From: Planctomycetota bacterium
GTDB taxonomy: Bacteria > Planctomycetota > Planctomycetia > JALXBF01
Direction: 5' to 3'
Assembly: GCA_026991575.1 (NCBI GenBank)
Contig: JALXBF010000152.1
Location: forward strand, 1 to 42,049
Length of the DNA stretch: 42,049 bases
Position 1 is the first letter of the stretch, and each line of letters starts with the position of its first letter. The notes under the pieces are model-generated. The model saw nothing but the letters and a program-made list of their open reading frames with translations. It made no database searches and had not been told where the DNA came from. Shown here piece by piece: positions 18,695-27,653 of this stretch. A program made the translations under genes and the position numbers.

Positions 18695-21525
18695 TCACGG
18701 TGACGGTCGATGGAAAGCAGGTTGAACTTCAGCCGGGCGCAACTCTGTGGCAGGCGGCCGAGGCAGCCGGTGTTGGCATCCCGGTGCTATGCCACGATCC
18801 GCGCTTGCGCCCGGTCGGTGTTTGCCGGCTCTGCCTCGTCGAACTTGCCGACGGCACGCTGATCCCTTCCTGCTGCACCCCGGCAGCCAACGGGGTTTCG
18901 TTTCGGACCGCAACAGATCGGATTCGTGATCATCGCAGAATGCTGCTGAGGCTTCTGCTGGCCACGCACCGCATTCCGTGCCTGGCCCAGCAAAGCACGG
19001 GCTCCTGTCTGCTCGAACAGCTGGGTGTCGAGTACGGCCTGCTCGATGGCCATGGCCGACCAGCCGATCCGGCGCTCATCGAACTGCGCACGCTGGCTTT
19101 GAGCGAGGCCCCCGTTGACGACAGCTCACCGGCAATCCTCGTCGATCACGCGGCCTGTATCCTCTGTGACCGCTGCATCCGGGCTTGTGATGAAGTCCAA
19201 TGCAACGACGTCATCGGCCGCAGTGGCAAAGGATTCGAAACCAGAATCGCCTTCGACCTGGGTGCCCCCATGGGGCACAGTTCGTGCGTGACGTGCGGCG
19301 AGTGCGTGCAGGTCTGTCCCACCGGGGCCCTGGTCGAGCGTCGGATGGCTGAAACGGTCCGAAGGGATGAGCCATTGCGTGTGGTGGCCAGCGTCTGTCC
19401 GTACTGTGGTGTCGGCTGTACGACGGACTACATCAAGGCCGGCCCCAGGATTGTGGCAGTCCGTGGCCGTCCGTCTCCGGGTAGCGATGGCCGCCTATGT
19501 GTCAAGGGCCGCTATGGCTGGGACTATGCCCTGCACCCGCACCGCCTCACCACACCGCTGATCCGCCGGCCAGGGTACTACCCCAAAGGCCCGCTGACAG
19601 CGGACACCCGAGGTGACACGTGGGACGGCGGCCGCCGCAAGCCAGGATCGCCGGTTCCTGACTACGAACAGGCCCTGGAGGCGTTCCGCGAGGCGTCATG
19701 GCAGGAGGCCCTGGATCTGATTGCCGAACGGCTGCAGGAGATCCGTCGCCGCTACGGCACGCGGGCGCTGGCAGGCTTCGGCTCAGCCAAGTGTTCCAAC
19801 GAAGAGGCGTACCTGTTTCAGAAGCTGGTGCGTGCCGGCTTCGGCAACAACAATGTCGACCACTGCACCCGACTGTGCCACGCCTCGTCCGTGGCCGCTC
19901 TGCTGGAATGCATCGGATCGGGCGCCGTGACCAACTCCTTCCGCGACGTAGACCGCACCGATCTGATCCTGGTAACCGGTAGCAACACGGTGGAGAATCA
20001 TCCGGTTGCTGCAACGTTCTTCAAGCAGGCAGTTCGACGTGGGAAGCGGCTGCTGGTAGTTGATCCGCGACGGCCGCGGCTGGCCGACTACGCCACCTGG
20101 TATTGCCGCATCCAACCCGGCTCAGACGTGGCCTTCTACAACGCCCTGATGCACGTGCTGATACGGGACCGACTGTACGACGAGGAGTTCGTCCGCCGTC
20201 GCGTACGGGGTTTTGAGTCCTTCTGGGAAGTGGTTCAGCACTACGCGCCACAGCGTGCTGCTCCGCTATGCGGCATTCCGGCTGCTCAGCTTGAAGAGAT
20301 CGCCCACGCCATCGGTACGGCGCGCGCCATGATGGTCTTCTGGGGCATGGGCATCAGCCAGCACACCCATGGGACGGACAACGCCCGCTGCTTGATCGCC
20401 CTTTGCCTGTTGACCGGCAATGTCGGCCGCCCCGGCACCGGCTTGCACCCCCTGCGCGGCCAGAACAACGTCCAGGGCGCATCCGACGCCGGACTCATTC
20501 CGATGGTTTACCCGGACTACCAGCCGGTAGCCGACCCGGAGGTCCGCAGTCGTTTCGAAGAAGCCTGGGGTGTGTCACTGGACCCGAAGCCTGGGCTCAC
20601 CGTCGTCGAGACGATGAATGCAGCGCTGAGCGGAGAGGTAAAAGGGATGCTGATGATGGGCGAGAACCCGTTCCTCTCCGATCCAAACGTCAATAAGGTG
20701 CGTGCGGCCCTGGCAAAGCTTGAGTTCCTGGCCGTTCAGGACATCTTCCTGACGGAAACTGCCGAGTTCGCCGACGTCATCCTGCCGTCCGCTTCCTTCT
20801 TCGAAAAGCTCGGTACCTACACCAACACCGATCGACGTGTCCAACTGGGCCGTCCCGTGCTCGATCCGCCTGGGCAGGCGCGTCCCGATTGGATGATCCT
20901 CTCAGAGCTACTCGAACGCTTCGGCATCCCTGCCGACTACGAGTCTCCCGAGAAAATCTTCCGTGAGTTTGCCGATTTGACCCGCAGCTACCGCGGGTTG
21001 AACTACGACGTTCTCGGCCTGGACGGTAAGATCTGGCCTGTGGAACGACCCGACGCCCCCGAGCGCCCGATCCTGTTCGCCGACCGGTTCCCGACTGCTG
21101 ACGGCAAGGGCAAGCTGGTCGGGTGCCATTATGCGCCTCCGGCCGAGCTGCCCGACGCCGACTATCCGTTCGTGTTGAACACGGGCCGGATGCTTGAGCA
21201 TTGGCACACCGGCACGATGACCCGTCGGTCGGCGACGCTCGCTACGCTGGCCCCGACTCCGTACGTCGAGATCAACCGGGACGATGCCGAGGCTCTGGGT
21301 GTCGCGGAGGGTGATTTTGTCCGGGTCAGCTCACGGCGCGGTACCGTTGTCCTGGCCGTTCGGCCCACGGACCGCGTGGCCCAAGGCTGTGTGTTCATCC
21401 CGTTCCACTTCCGCGAGGCGGCCGCCAACTTGCTCACAATCGACGAGCTGGACCCGTACGGCAAGATTCCCGAGTACAAGTTCTGCGCCGTACGGATCGA
21501 GCCGGCGCCGCGGCCGGAAGGCTGA
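18691..21525 (+). CDS. fdhF: Formate dehydrogenase alpha subunit (Mo/W-bis-PGD, Cys ligand)
   Basis: N-terminal [2Fe-2S], CILCDRC and CVTCGEC clusters, CPYCGVGC, LCVKG, VDHCTRLCH, LRGQNNVQG, C-terminal PEYKFCAV; ATGA coupling to the beta subunit. Confidence 0.93.
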   Translation: MITVTVDGKQVELQPGATLWQAAEAAGVGIPVLCHDPRLRPVGVCRLCLVELADGTLIPSCCTPAANGVSFRTATDRIRDHRRMLLRLLLATHRIPCLAQQSTGSCLLEQLGVEYGLLDGHGRPADPALIELRTLALSEAPVDDSSPAILVDHAACILCDRCIRACDEVQCNDVIGRSGKGFETRIAFDLGAPMGHSSCVTCGECVQVCPTGALVERRMAETVRRDEPLRVVASVCPYCGVGCTTDYIKAGPRIVAVRGRPSPGSDGRLCVKGRYGWDYALHPHRLTTPLIRRPGYYPKGPLTADTRGDTWDGGRRKPGSPVPDYEQALEAFREASWQEALDLIAERLQEIRRRYGTRALAGFGSAKCSNEEAYLFQKLVRAGFGNNNVDHCTRLCHASSVAALLECIGSGAVTNSFRDVDRTDLILVTGSNTVENHPVAATFFKQAVRRGKRLLVVDPRRPRLADYATWYCRIQPGSDVAFYNALMHVLIRDRLYDEEFVRRRVRGFESFWEVVQHYAPQRAAPLCGIPAAQLEEIAHAIGTARAMMVFWGMGISQHTHGTDNARCLIALCLLTGNVGRPGTGLHPLRGQNNVQGASDAGLIPMVYPDYQPVADPEVRSRFEEAWGVSLDPKPGLTVVETMNAALSGEVKGMLMMGENPFLSDPNVNKVRAALAKLEFLAVQDIFLTETAEFADVILPSASFFEKLGTYTNTDRRVQLGRPVLDPPGQARPDWMILSELLERFGIPADYESPEKIFREFADLTRSYRGLNYDVLGLDGKIWPVERPDAPERPILFADRFPTADGKGKLVGCHYAPPAELPDADYPFVLNTGRMLEHWHTGTMTRRSATLATLAPTPYVEINRDDAEALGVAEGDFVRVSSRRGTVVLAVRPTDRVAQGCVFIPFHFREAAANLLTIDELDPYGKIPEYKFCAVRIEPAPRPEG

Positions 21526-21550
21526 CCGCTTGCCGCCTGGTCACCGCCTG

Positions 21551-23029
21551 CTACTGCCGATACTTCAGCCACGCATCCCAGCCGTGGCTCTTGCGGCCGA
21601 CGTACTCGTAGGTCTCGAATACGTCACCGTTGCCCAGGACGCGTGGGTCACCATCGCGACGGAGCAACTCCTCCATCTGTTCGCGCAGCTTCTGCTTGAC
21701 CGCTCGGTACCGTGGGTCGTAGGCGAGATTCCGCACGCAATCGGGGTCTTCGCTGACGCGGTACAGCTCGTGCCGAGGCCGCTTCCCGAAGTTCAGCCGG
21801 TAGAACTCATCGAATCGGGACAGCAACAGCCACTTCGTCGGGCTGGCATCGCAGTTGCGGTACCCGGTCTCCGGGTTGCCCACAGGCCAGCGTTCCGGGT
21901 GGTAGTTCAGGATGTACAGCCACTCCGGCGTTCGGATCGCGCGCACCGGATACCCCCAGTCGTGTGGCCGGCCGATGTCGTGCCGTTCCTTGCCGATCAG
22001 CACGACGTTACGGCTTCGGTCGATCCAGCCGGACTGTTCCGAGCGCAGCGCGTACACGAAGCTACGTCCGGTGACTGAAGGCGGCACCGGAACGCCGGCC
22101 AGCTCCAGGAACGTGGGTGCGAAGTCACGCACGTTGATGAAGTCCTCGACCACACGTCCTCCCTTCGTCCCCTGTCCCCAGCGGACATACAAGGGAATGT
22201 GGAAGCCATGCTCGTAGATTTGTCCCTTCATCCTCGGAAAAGGTGGGCCATGATCCGACGTAACGACGATGACGGTGTTGTCCAGTTCGCCTGCCTCTTC
22301 CAGCAGCTCAAGCACTCGGCCCACATGCTGGTCCACCCACTCGATCTCCGTGGCGTAATCCAGGAAGTCGCTCTTAATGATGCGTGCGTTGGGGTAATAG
22401 GCGGGCAGCTTGACCTGCTCGGGACGTTTGCCCCTGCGGATACCGATGCCTTGCTCATAGGGTTGATGAGGTTCGGTGGGACCGAGCCAGAAGCAGAACG
22501 GCTGGCCTGGCTTGCGTTGCTGGAGGAACTCGGCAAAGTTGGCCGCATAGTCGATGGCAGACACGCCCGCTTGAGGCGGCTTCAACCGATGTTGGTTGTA
22601 TGCTTTTCCCGCCGGGTTCTGCTTGAAGCCGCCGGCTTTGTAGTCGCCCGGCCCCCAGCCTTTGCCCGTGTAGCCCACCAGGTAGCCGGCCTCTTCGAGC
22701 AGCTCCGTGTACACGGGCCAGCGGTGGGGGAAGACCCCAAAGTGATTACACGCCTCGGCAAGCTGCCAGCTGTTGCGCCCGGTCAGGATGCTGGCACGGC
22801 ACGGGCTGCATTTGGGGTTGTTCGTAAAGCAGTTGGAAAAGATTACCCCCTCGCGGGCAATGCGGTCGATGTTGGGAGTGCTGATCCAGGGCACGCCGTG
22901 GATGCTGGCATGGCCGGCTCCCCAGTCATCGAGGATGATGAACAGGATGTTCGGCCGCTCGGATGCGACGGCGGTAGACCAAAGGCAAGTCAGGCACAGG
23001 GCAACCAGGGCACACAGCACTCGTCTCAT
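21551..23029 (-). CDS. Secreted Cys-type sulfatase (N-sulfoglucosamine sulfohydrolase-like)
   Basis: Signal peptide, RPNILFIILDD, CSPCRASILTG, TGKGWGPG, EPH, SDHG, ERHD, ELY...DP...NLA. Confidence 0.92.
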   Translation of the reverse strand: MRRVLCALVALCLTCLWSTAVASERPNILFIILDDWGAGHASIHGVPWISTPNIDRIAREGVIFSNCFTNNPKCSPCRASILTGRNSWQLAEACNHFGVFPHRWPVYTELLEEAGYLVGYTGKGWGPGDYKAGGFKQNPAGKAYNQHRLKPPQAGVSAIDYAANFAEFLQQRKPGQPFCFWLGPTEPHQPYEQGIGIRRGKRPEQVKLPAYYPNARIIKSDFLDYATEIEWVDQHVGRVLELLEEAGELDNTVIVVTSDHGPPFPRMKGQIYEHGFHIPLYVRWGQGTKGGRVVEDFINVRDFAPTFLELAGVPVPPSVTGRSFVYALRSEQSGWIDRSRNVVLIGKERHDIGRPHDWGYPVRAIRTPEWLYILNYHPERWPVGNPETGYRNCDASPTKWLLLSRFDEFYRLNFGKRPRHELYRVSEDPDCVRNLAYDPRYRAVKQKLREQMEELLRRDGDPRVLGNGDVFETYEYVGRKSHGWDAWLKYRQ

Positions 23030-23044
23030 CGTTCGTCTTCCCCT

Positions 23045-23545
23045 TTAGCGCAGCGGATGCTTGCCAAGCATGCGGCGGATCAGGCCAATCTGGCCGTTAT
23101 GCAGCATCTCATGCAGCGCGCAGAAGCGGATGACTTCGCCGCGCGTTTTCATGCCCAGAAATGCCACGGCCGGCGGCCGCTGGAAGAATTCCTCGGGCTC
23201 GGCTTTCAGCTGCTCGAGCACGTGGTGGTTCACCCGGTTCATGGTTTCCCTCAGCTCAGCGGCGGCCGGATAACGTGCACGCTCGTTGGTGGGCGTCGAT
23301 CCCTTGCCAAAGAGCTCCGCATACGAGGGGGGCAGAAGCTGTTCGTCTTCCGGCGTCAGCCCCCTTGTCCGGCCCAATGCGACTGCCATCTGCGCGTAGG
23401 TAATGTGCCCGACCTGCCAGGCGATGTGCGTTGGACAGCCGGCCGGCATCCGGTACCAGTCGTCGTCACTCAGACCGTGCAGTAGCTCCAGCGTGTACCG
23501 TCGAACGCCGATCAGTACGCTCAAGCAATCATGCTTGCTTGGCAT
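23045..23545 (-). CDS. DinB/YfiT-like four-helix metalloprotein
   Basis: IAWQVGHI and HEMLHNGQI His triad; start chosen at ATG 23545, alternatives exist upstream. Confidence 0.8.
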   Translation of the reverse strand: MPSKHDCLSVLIGVRRYTLELLHGLSDDDWYRMPAGCPTHIAWQVGHITYAQMAVALGRTRGLTPEDEQLLPPSYAELFGKGSTPTNERARYPAAAELRETMNRVNHHVLEQLKAEPEEFFQRPPAVAFLGMKTRGEVIRFCALHEMLHNGQIGLIRRMLGKHPLR

Positions 23546-23684
23546 GGGCGATGCACCTTGCTGCCAGTGTCTGATGAGCACTGTTTGGTCGGTGGGCATG
23601 CGTCGGCGGTCCATCAGCCCGTATCTTAGCCGAGTAGGCCAACGAGGGGTAGAATGCGTCAGCAGCTCGTACGGGTGAGGCGAA

Positions 23685-24641
23685 ATGGATACATCGCAGA
23701 TGAATCAGACACCGGGCGAACCGGAGGAACACCGTAACGGGCCCACAGAACGGCCGGCGTATCGGGCCGGTTACGTGGCCATTGTGGGCCGTCCCAACGT
23801 TGGCAAGTCAACTTTGTTGAATCAGTTGCTTCGCGAACGGCTGGCAGCCGTCTCGCCGAAGGCCCAAACCACGCGGCACCGGATCCTGGGCATCCTCAGT
23901 GGCCCGAATTACCAAGCCCTTTTCCTGGACACGCCGGGCTTCATGCGCCAGGCCGCCGACGAGCTAGACCGCCGCATGCTGAAGGCAGCTCAGCAGGCGA
24001 TCGAGGATGCCGACGTCGTCGTGCTGCTGGTAGAACCGCGTTCCCCCGGCGACATTGAAGAACAGTTGGTCGAAAAGCTCGGCAAGAAGCCTGCGATTGC
24101 CGCAATCAACAAGGTGGACACGGTCCAGCAGGCAGAACTGGCTGCAGTCATCGAGGCGTACCGCCAGCTTCACACGTTCGTTGACATCATCCCGATCAGT
24201 GCCCTCTACGGTGCCGGTCTGGACCATCTGCTGAACCGCATCGTCGAGCACCTACCTGAGGGTGAGCCGTTCTACCCGGAGGACCAGCTGACAGACCGTC
24301 CCGAACGGTTCATTGTCGCAGAGTTGATCCGAGAGCAGATCTATCACCTGTATGGCGACGAGATTCCGTACGACACGGCGGTGGAGATCGAAGAGTTTCG
24401 GGAAGCAGCCGACGATCCAGACCGGACGAAGGACTTTATCCGGGCGGTCATCTACGTGAACCGGGACTCACAGAAGAAAATCCTCATCGGCGCCGGCGGC
24501 GCAGCGATCAAGCGGCTTGGTCAGAACGCACGCAAGCAGATCGAGCAGTTCCTGCGCCGGCCCGTCTACCTGGAGCTCTGGGTCAAGGTCCGCAAGAAGT
24601 GGCGTAAGAATCCGCAACTGCTGCGACAACTGGGCTACTGA
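23685..24641 (+). CDS. era: GTPase Era
   Basis: GRPNVGKS, QTTR, DTPG, NKVD, ISAL, EIPY, KH domain SQKKILIG..G and VYLELWVKV. Confidence 0.96.
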   Translation: MDTSQMNQTPGEPEEHRNGPTERPAYRAGYVAIVGRPNVGKSTLLNQLLRERLAAVSPKAQTTRHRILGILSGPNYQALFLDTPGFMRQAADELDRRMLKAAQQAIEDADVVVLLVEPRSPGDIEEQLVEKLGKKPAIAAINKVDTVQQAELAAVIEAYRQLHTFVDIIPISALYGAGLDHLLNRIVEHLPEGEPFYPEDQLTDRPERFIVAELIREQIYHLYGDEIPYDTAVEIEEFREAADDPDRTKDFIRAVIYVNRDSQKKILIGAGGAAIKRLGQNARKQIEQFLRRPVYLELWVKVRKKWRKNPQLLRQLGY

Positions 24642-24650
24642 GGCAACGAC

Positions 24651-25913
24651 ATGACTGATGGACCGCTGAGCAGGCTGGCGGTACGGCCTGGAGGTGTCTT
24701 CCCGAGCACCGTCTACCTGGCCTATTCTGTGGCCGGGATTCTGTACGTTTTCTTAGCACCGGGGAGCTATCCCGCGGAGGACAGCGAGCCGTTCTACCGG
24801 GCCGAGTTGATCTTTCCGTTGGAAGAGAAGCACAACCATGCTCCCGCCATCGTGGAGTGCCCCAATGGCAATCTGCTGGTTTCCTGGTATCGCGGATCAG
24901 GCGAACGTAGGGCCGACGATGTGGCGGTCTACGGTGCCAGGAAGCAGAAGGGCTCGGCCACCTGGAGCAAGCCGTTCGTGATGGCCGATCGCCCGGGTTT
25001 TCCCGACTGCAACACGGCCATGATGATTGATCGCCGCGGCCGGCTCTGGCTGTTCTGGCCGACGGTCGTGGCCAACAGCTGGGAATCCTGTCTGACGAAC
25101 TACCGCGTCTCGGACGACTACCTCCGGCCCGGGCCGCCGCGCTGGAGTTGGCAGGACGTCATCTTGTTGAAACCCGGCGACTTCAGCGAGCGTGCCCTGG
25201 CACTGTTGGATGAGATGGTCAAACGCTACGAGGGCAAGCTTACGCGGCGTGACCGGGAGGAGCTTGCCCTGATCCGTAAGCGGCTCAAGAGCAAGCTGTA
25301 CCGGCGGCTTGGCTGGCAGCCGCGGTGCAAGCCGACGATCTTGCCCAGCGGCCGCATTCTGTTGCCGCTTTACAGCGACACGTTCTCGATCTCGATCATG
25401 GCGATCAGTGATGACGGAGGGCGAACCTGGTACGCTAGCGAACCGTTGATCGGTTTCGGGAACATTCAACCCACGGTCCTGAGACGCTCCGACGGCACGC
25501 TGGTCGCGTACATGCGCGAGAACGGCCCGCGCGACCGGATCCGCGTTGCCGAGTCCCACGACGACGGGCTGACCTGGAGCCCCGTCAGCGAAACGTCCCT
25601 GCCCAATCCCGGCTCTGGCCTGGACGGGGTGCGGCTCGCCAACGGCAACTGGGTGCTCGTCTACAACGACACCACCTCCGGTCGGAACAGCCTGGCCATC
25701 TCACTGTCCGACGACGAGGGCCGGAGCTGGCGGTGGACTCGGCATCTGGAACGTCACCCGAGCGGCCGCTACCACTACCCGGCCGTGATACAGGGGGCCG
25801 ATGGCCGGATTCACGTGGTCTACAGCTACCACGTCAGCGCAGGCAAGAGCATAAAACACGTGGAGCTGAACGAGGCATGGATTCGTGCCGGGGACAGTGC
25901 TGGCCAGCAATAG
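24651..25913 (+). CDS. BNR/Asp-box beta-propeller protein (sialidase-like)
   Basis: Asp boxes SDDGGRTW, SHDDGLTW, SDDEGRSW; LPNPGSG, YHYP, IHVVYS; N-terminal hydrophobic segment. Confidence 0.85.
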   Translation: MTDGPLSRLAVRPGGVFPSTVYLAYSVAGILYVFLAPGSYPAEDSEPFYRAELIFPLEEKHNHAPAIVECPNGNLLVSWYRGSGERRADDVAVYGARKQKGSATWSKPFVMADRPGFPDCNTAMMIDRRGRLWLFWPTVVANSWESCLTNYRVSDDYLRPGPPRWSWQDVILLKPGDFSERALALLDEMVKRYEGKLTRRDREELALIRKRLKSKLYRRLGWQPRCKPTILPSGRILLPLYSDTFSISIMAISDDGGRTWYASEPLIGFGNIQPTVLRRSDGTLVAYMRENGPRDRIRVAESHDDGLTWSPVSETSLPNPGSGLDGVRLANGNWVLVYNDTTSGRNSLAISLSDDEGRSWRWTRHLERHPSGRYHYPAVIQGADGRIHVVYSYHVSAGKSIKHVELNEAWIRAGDSAGQQ

Positions 25914-26487
25914 CGGCCGTTCGTCGCGGCCGATCCCATGCCACCTGGCCGTTGGGCCACCTTGTCGTCGGAGGACGCAGACTACGAACGGGTTCCGGCG
26001 AAGAGTGGGATGCGGATCTTTGTTGTTATGTGTCCTGGTCCATGCGAGCGGTTGACCACACAGACGCCGCGGATTTCCGGATGCGTGGGCATCGCCCTGC
26101 CACGGTTCTGCGCGTAGATCCTACGGTCCGTCATCGTGCGGTGAGCCGGCGGGTGCTAGCCAGAGGGACGCGGATCGGATCGGGACTCATGGTGCGGTGA
26201 GCTTTCCCTGGTCGCGCAGGCGACGCCCGTGGCAGTGGCGATCAGGGCCGGCGGCTGGCCAGCGCGGAGAAGCTCGTCGGCCGTGTCAGACAATTCGGGT
26301 GTGTCAGGGACGCTAACCGGACTGGTCGGCTGCCATCAGGCCCATGTGCTTCGCATCGCTGCATGCCCATGTCCTGGAAGGCCTGAGCCGGGCGGAACGG
26401 ACACGTCCCGGCGTCGGAGCCACGTCGGTCCTGTGCTCAGGCTACCAGGGCGCGCTTGGCCCTCTGGCTTCCACGTCGCATGTCGCA

Positions 26488-26516
26488 TTGACCGGTGGCG
26501 CCGCACGGCGTACATC
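26488..26516 (+). promoter_or_regulatory. Possible promoter of the glycosylation operon
   Basis: TTGACC, 17-bp spacer, TACATC (imperfect -10). Confidence 0.3.
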
Positions 26517-26804
26517 GTGATGGTACACCGCCCAGGCCAGGCCGGCGATCGCGCCCCTGCCGGTCGCTGGGCAGCAGATGCGTCCGGGCAGCAGCCCGTA
26601 CGGACCTGCAGGCACGATGCGATCGGCGCCGGGGTTGTCGGCAAAGAGAACGATAGCGCTGGGCCGCACGCCGGAGGGCTTTTGCAACAAGCACCGAAGC
26701 ACGCTGACAGCAACCGCTGCGGGGCGGCGCGGCGCGAGTGGCTGGCGAACCAGGAAGTGGTGGCGTGTACAAGCAATGGACCGTTCTTGCAAGTCTGTAA
26801 GCCG

Positions 26805-27653
26805 ATGCCGACCGTCGCGGCGAACTTGATTGTCCACAACGAGGAGCACGTACTGGCCGAGTGCTTGCGAAGCATCGAGTGGGTCGACCAGATTGTCGTC
26901 ATTGACGCCGGCAGCTCGGACCAGACCCGCGCCTTGGCCGCGTCGTACGGGGCCGAGGTGGCAGTGGTCCCCTTCCGCGACTTTGCCGCCCAGCGAAACG
27001 AAGCGTTACAGCGGTCCCGGTGCGATTGGATTTTGTCGATCGACGCAGACGAACGTGTCTCCCCTGCGCTGCGCGATGAGATCCTCGAGATCGTTCGCTC
27101 TCACCGTTGCCGCTACGCCGGTTACCGCGTTCCTATCCACAGCTGGATCTTCGGACGGCGCTTCCGCTGGTCAGGAACGGAGAACGAAGTTAAGCTTCGG
27201 CTGTTTCGGCGGCAGCAGGCGCGGTGGGTCGGCGCGGTGCATGAACGGGTGGAGGTGGCCGGGCCGATCGGGACGCTGTCCGGACCGATCTGGCACGAGA
27301 GCACTCGCGACGTGGAACACTGGCTGCGCAAGGCCATCCGCTACCGTCGCTATGCTGTGGGAGACTCGGATGGGGCCATGCTGGCGGCCTTCGGCATGTT
27401 GGCGCGTCGCCTGTTGCTGCATGCCGGTTTCCTGGATGGTCCTCAAGGGGTTGCTTTCGCGTTGCTGTCGGCCTGGGAAGCGTGGGCACGAAGGCTGGAT
27501 CGGGCAGAAGCGTTCACGGAAGTAACCAATGGCTGGCACGGTCTTCTACTTCGCGTCGCCCGCTTCCTTGCAGGCGCCGGGCGGCGGAGAAGTTCAGCTG
27601 TTCGAATCGGCCAGGCATGCTCGGCGGGCCGGTGCCCCGGTCGTGCTGCTTGA
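26805..27653 (+). CDS. Glycosyltransferase family 2 (KdtX/WaaE-like)
   Basis: LIVHNEE, VIDAGSSDQT, FAAQRN, WILSIDADE, RLFR, VHE, GFLDGPQG. Start at ATG 26805 rather than the ORF-track 26229. Confidence 0.88.
   Translation: MPTVAANLIVHNEEHVLAECLRSIEWVDQIVVIDAGSSDQTRALAASYGAEVAVVPFRDFAAQRNEALQRSRCDWILSIDADERVSPALRDEILEIVRSHRCRYAGYRVPIHSWIFGRRFRWSGTENEVKLRLFRRQQARWVGAVHERVEVAGPIGTLSGPIWHESTRDVEHWLRKAIRYRRYAVGDSDGAMLAAFGMLARRLLLHAGFLDGPQGVAFALLSAWEAWARRLDRAEAFTEVTNGWHGLLLRVARFLAGAGRRRSSAVRIGQACSAGRCPGRAA

Noticed and set aside
19855..19885. Selenocysteine in the FDH active site
   Set aside because: The ligand codon in RLCH is TGC (Cys) and there is no in-frame TGA.
12682..23029. Genomic island integrated at tRNA-Lys
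   Set aside because: No integrase, no repeat of the tRNA 3' end seen and no obvious composition shift.
22199..23485. Long antisense or alternate-frame ORFs (e.g. 22199-23485, 15701-17122, 35290-36549, 3129-3995)
   Set aside because: Shadow ORFs of real high-GC genes with no motifs.
26283..26307. GTGTCAG direct repeat as a Pho box
   Set aside because: Repeat spacing is 18 bp rather than 11.
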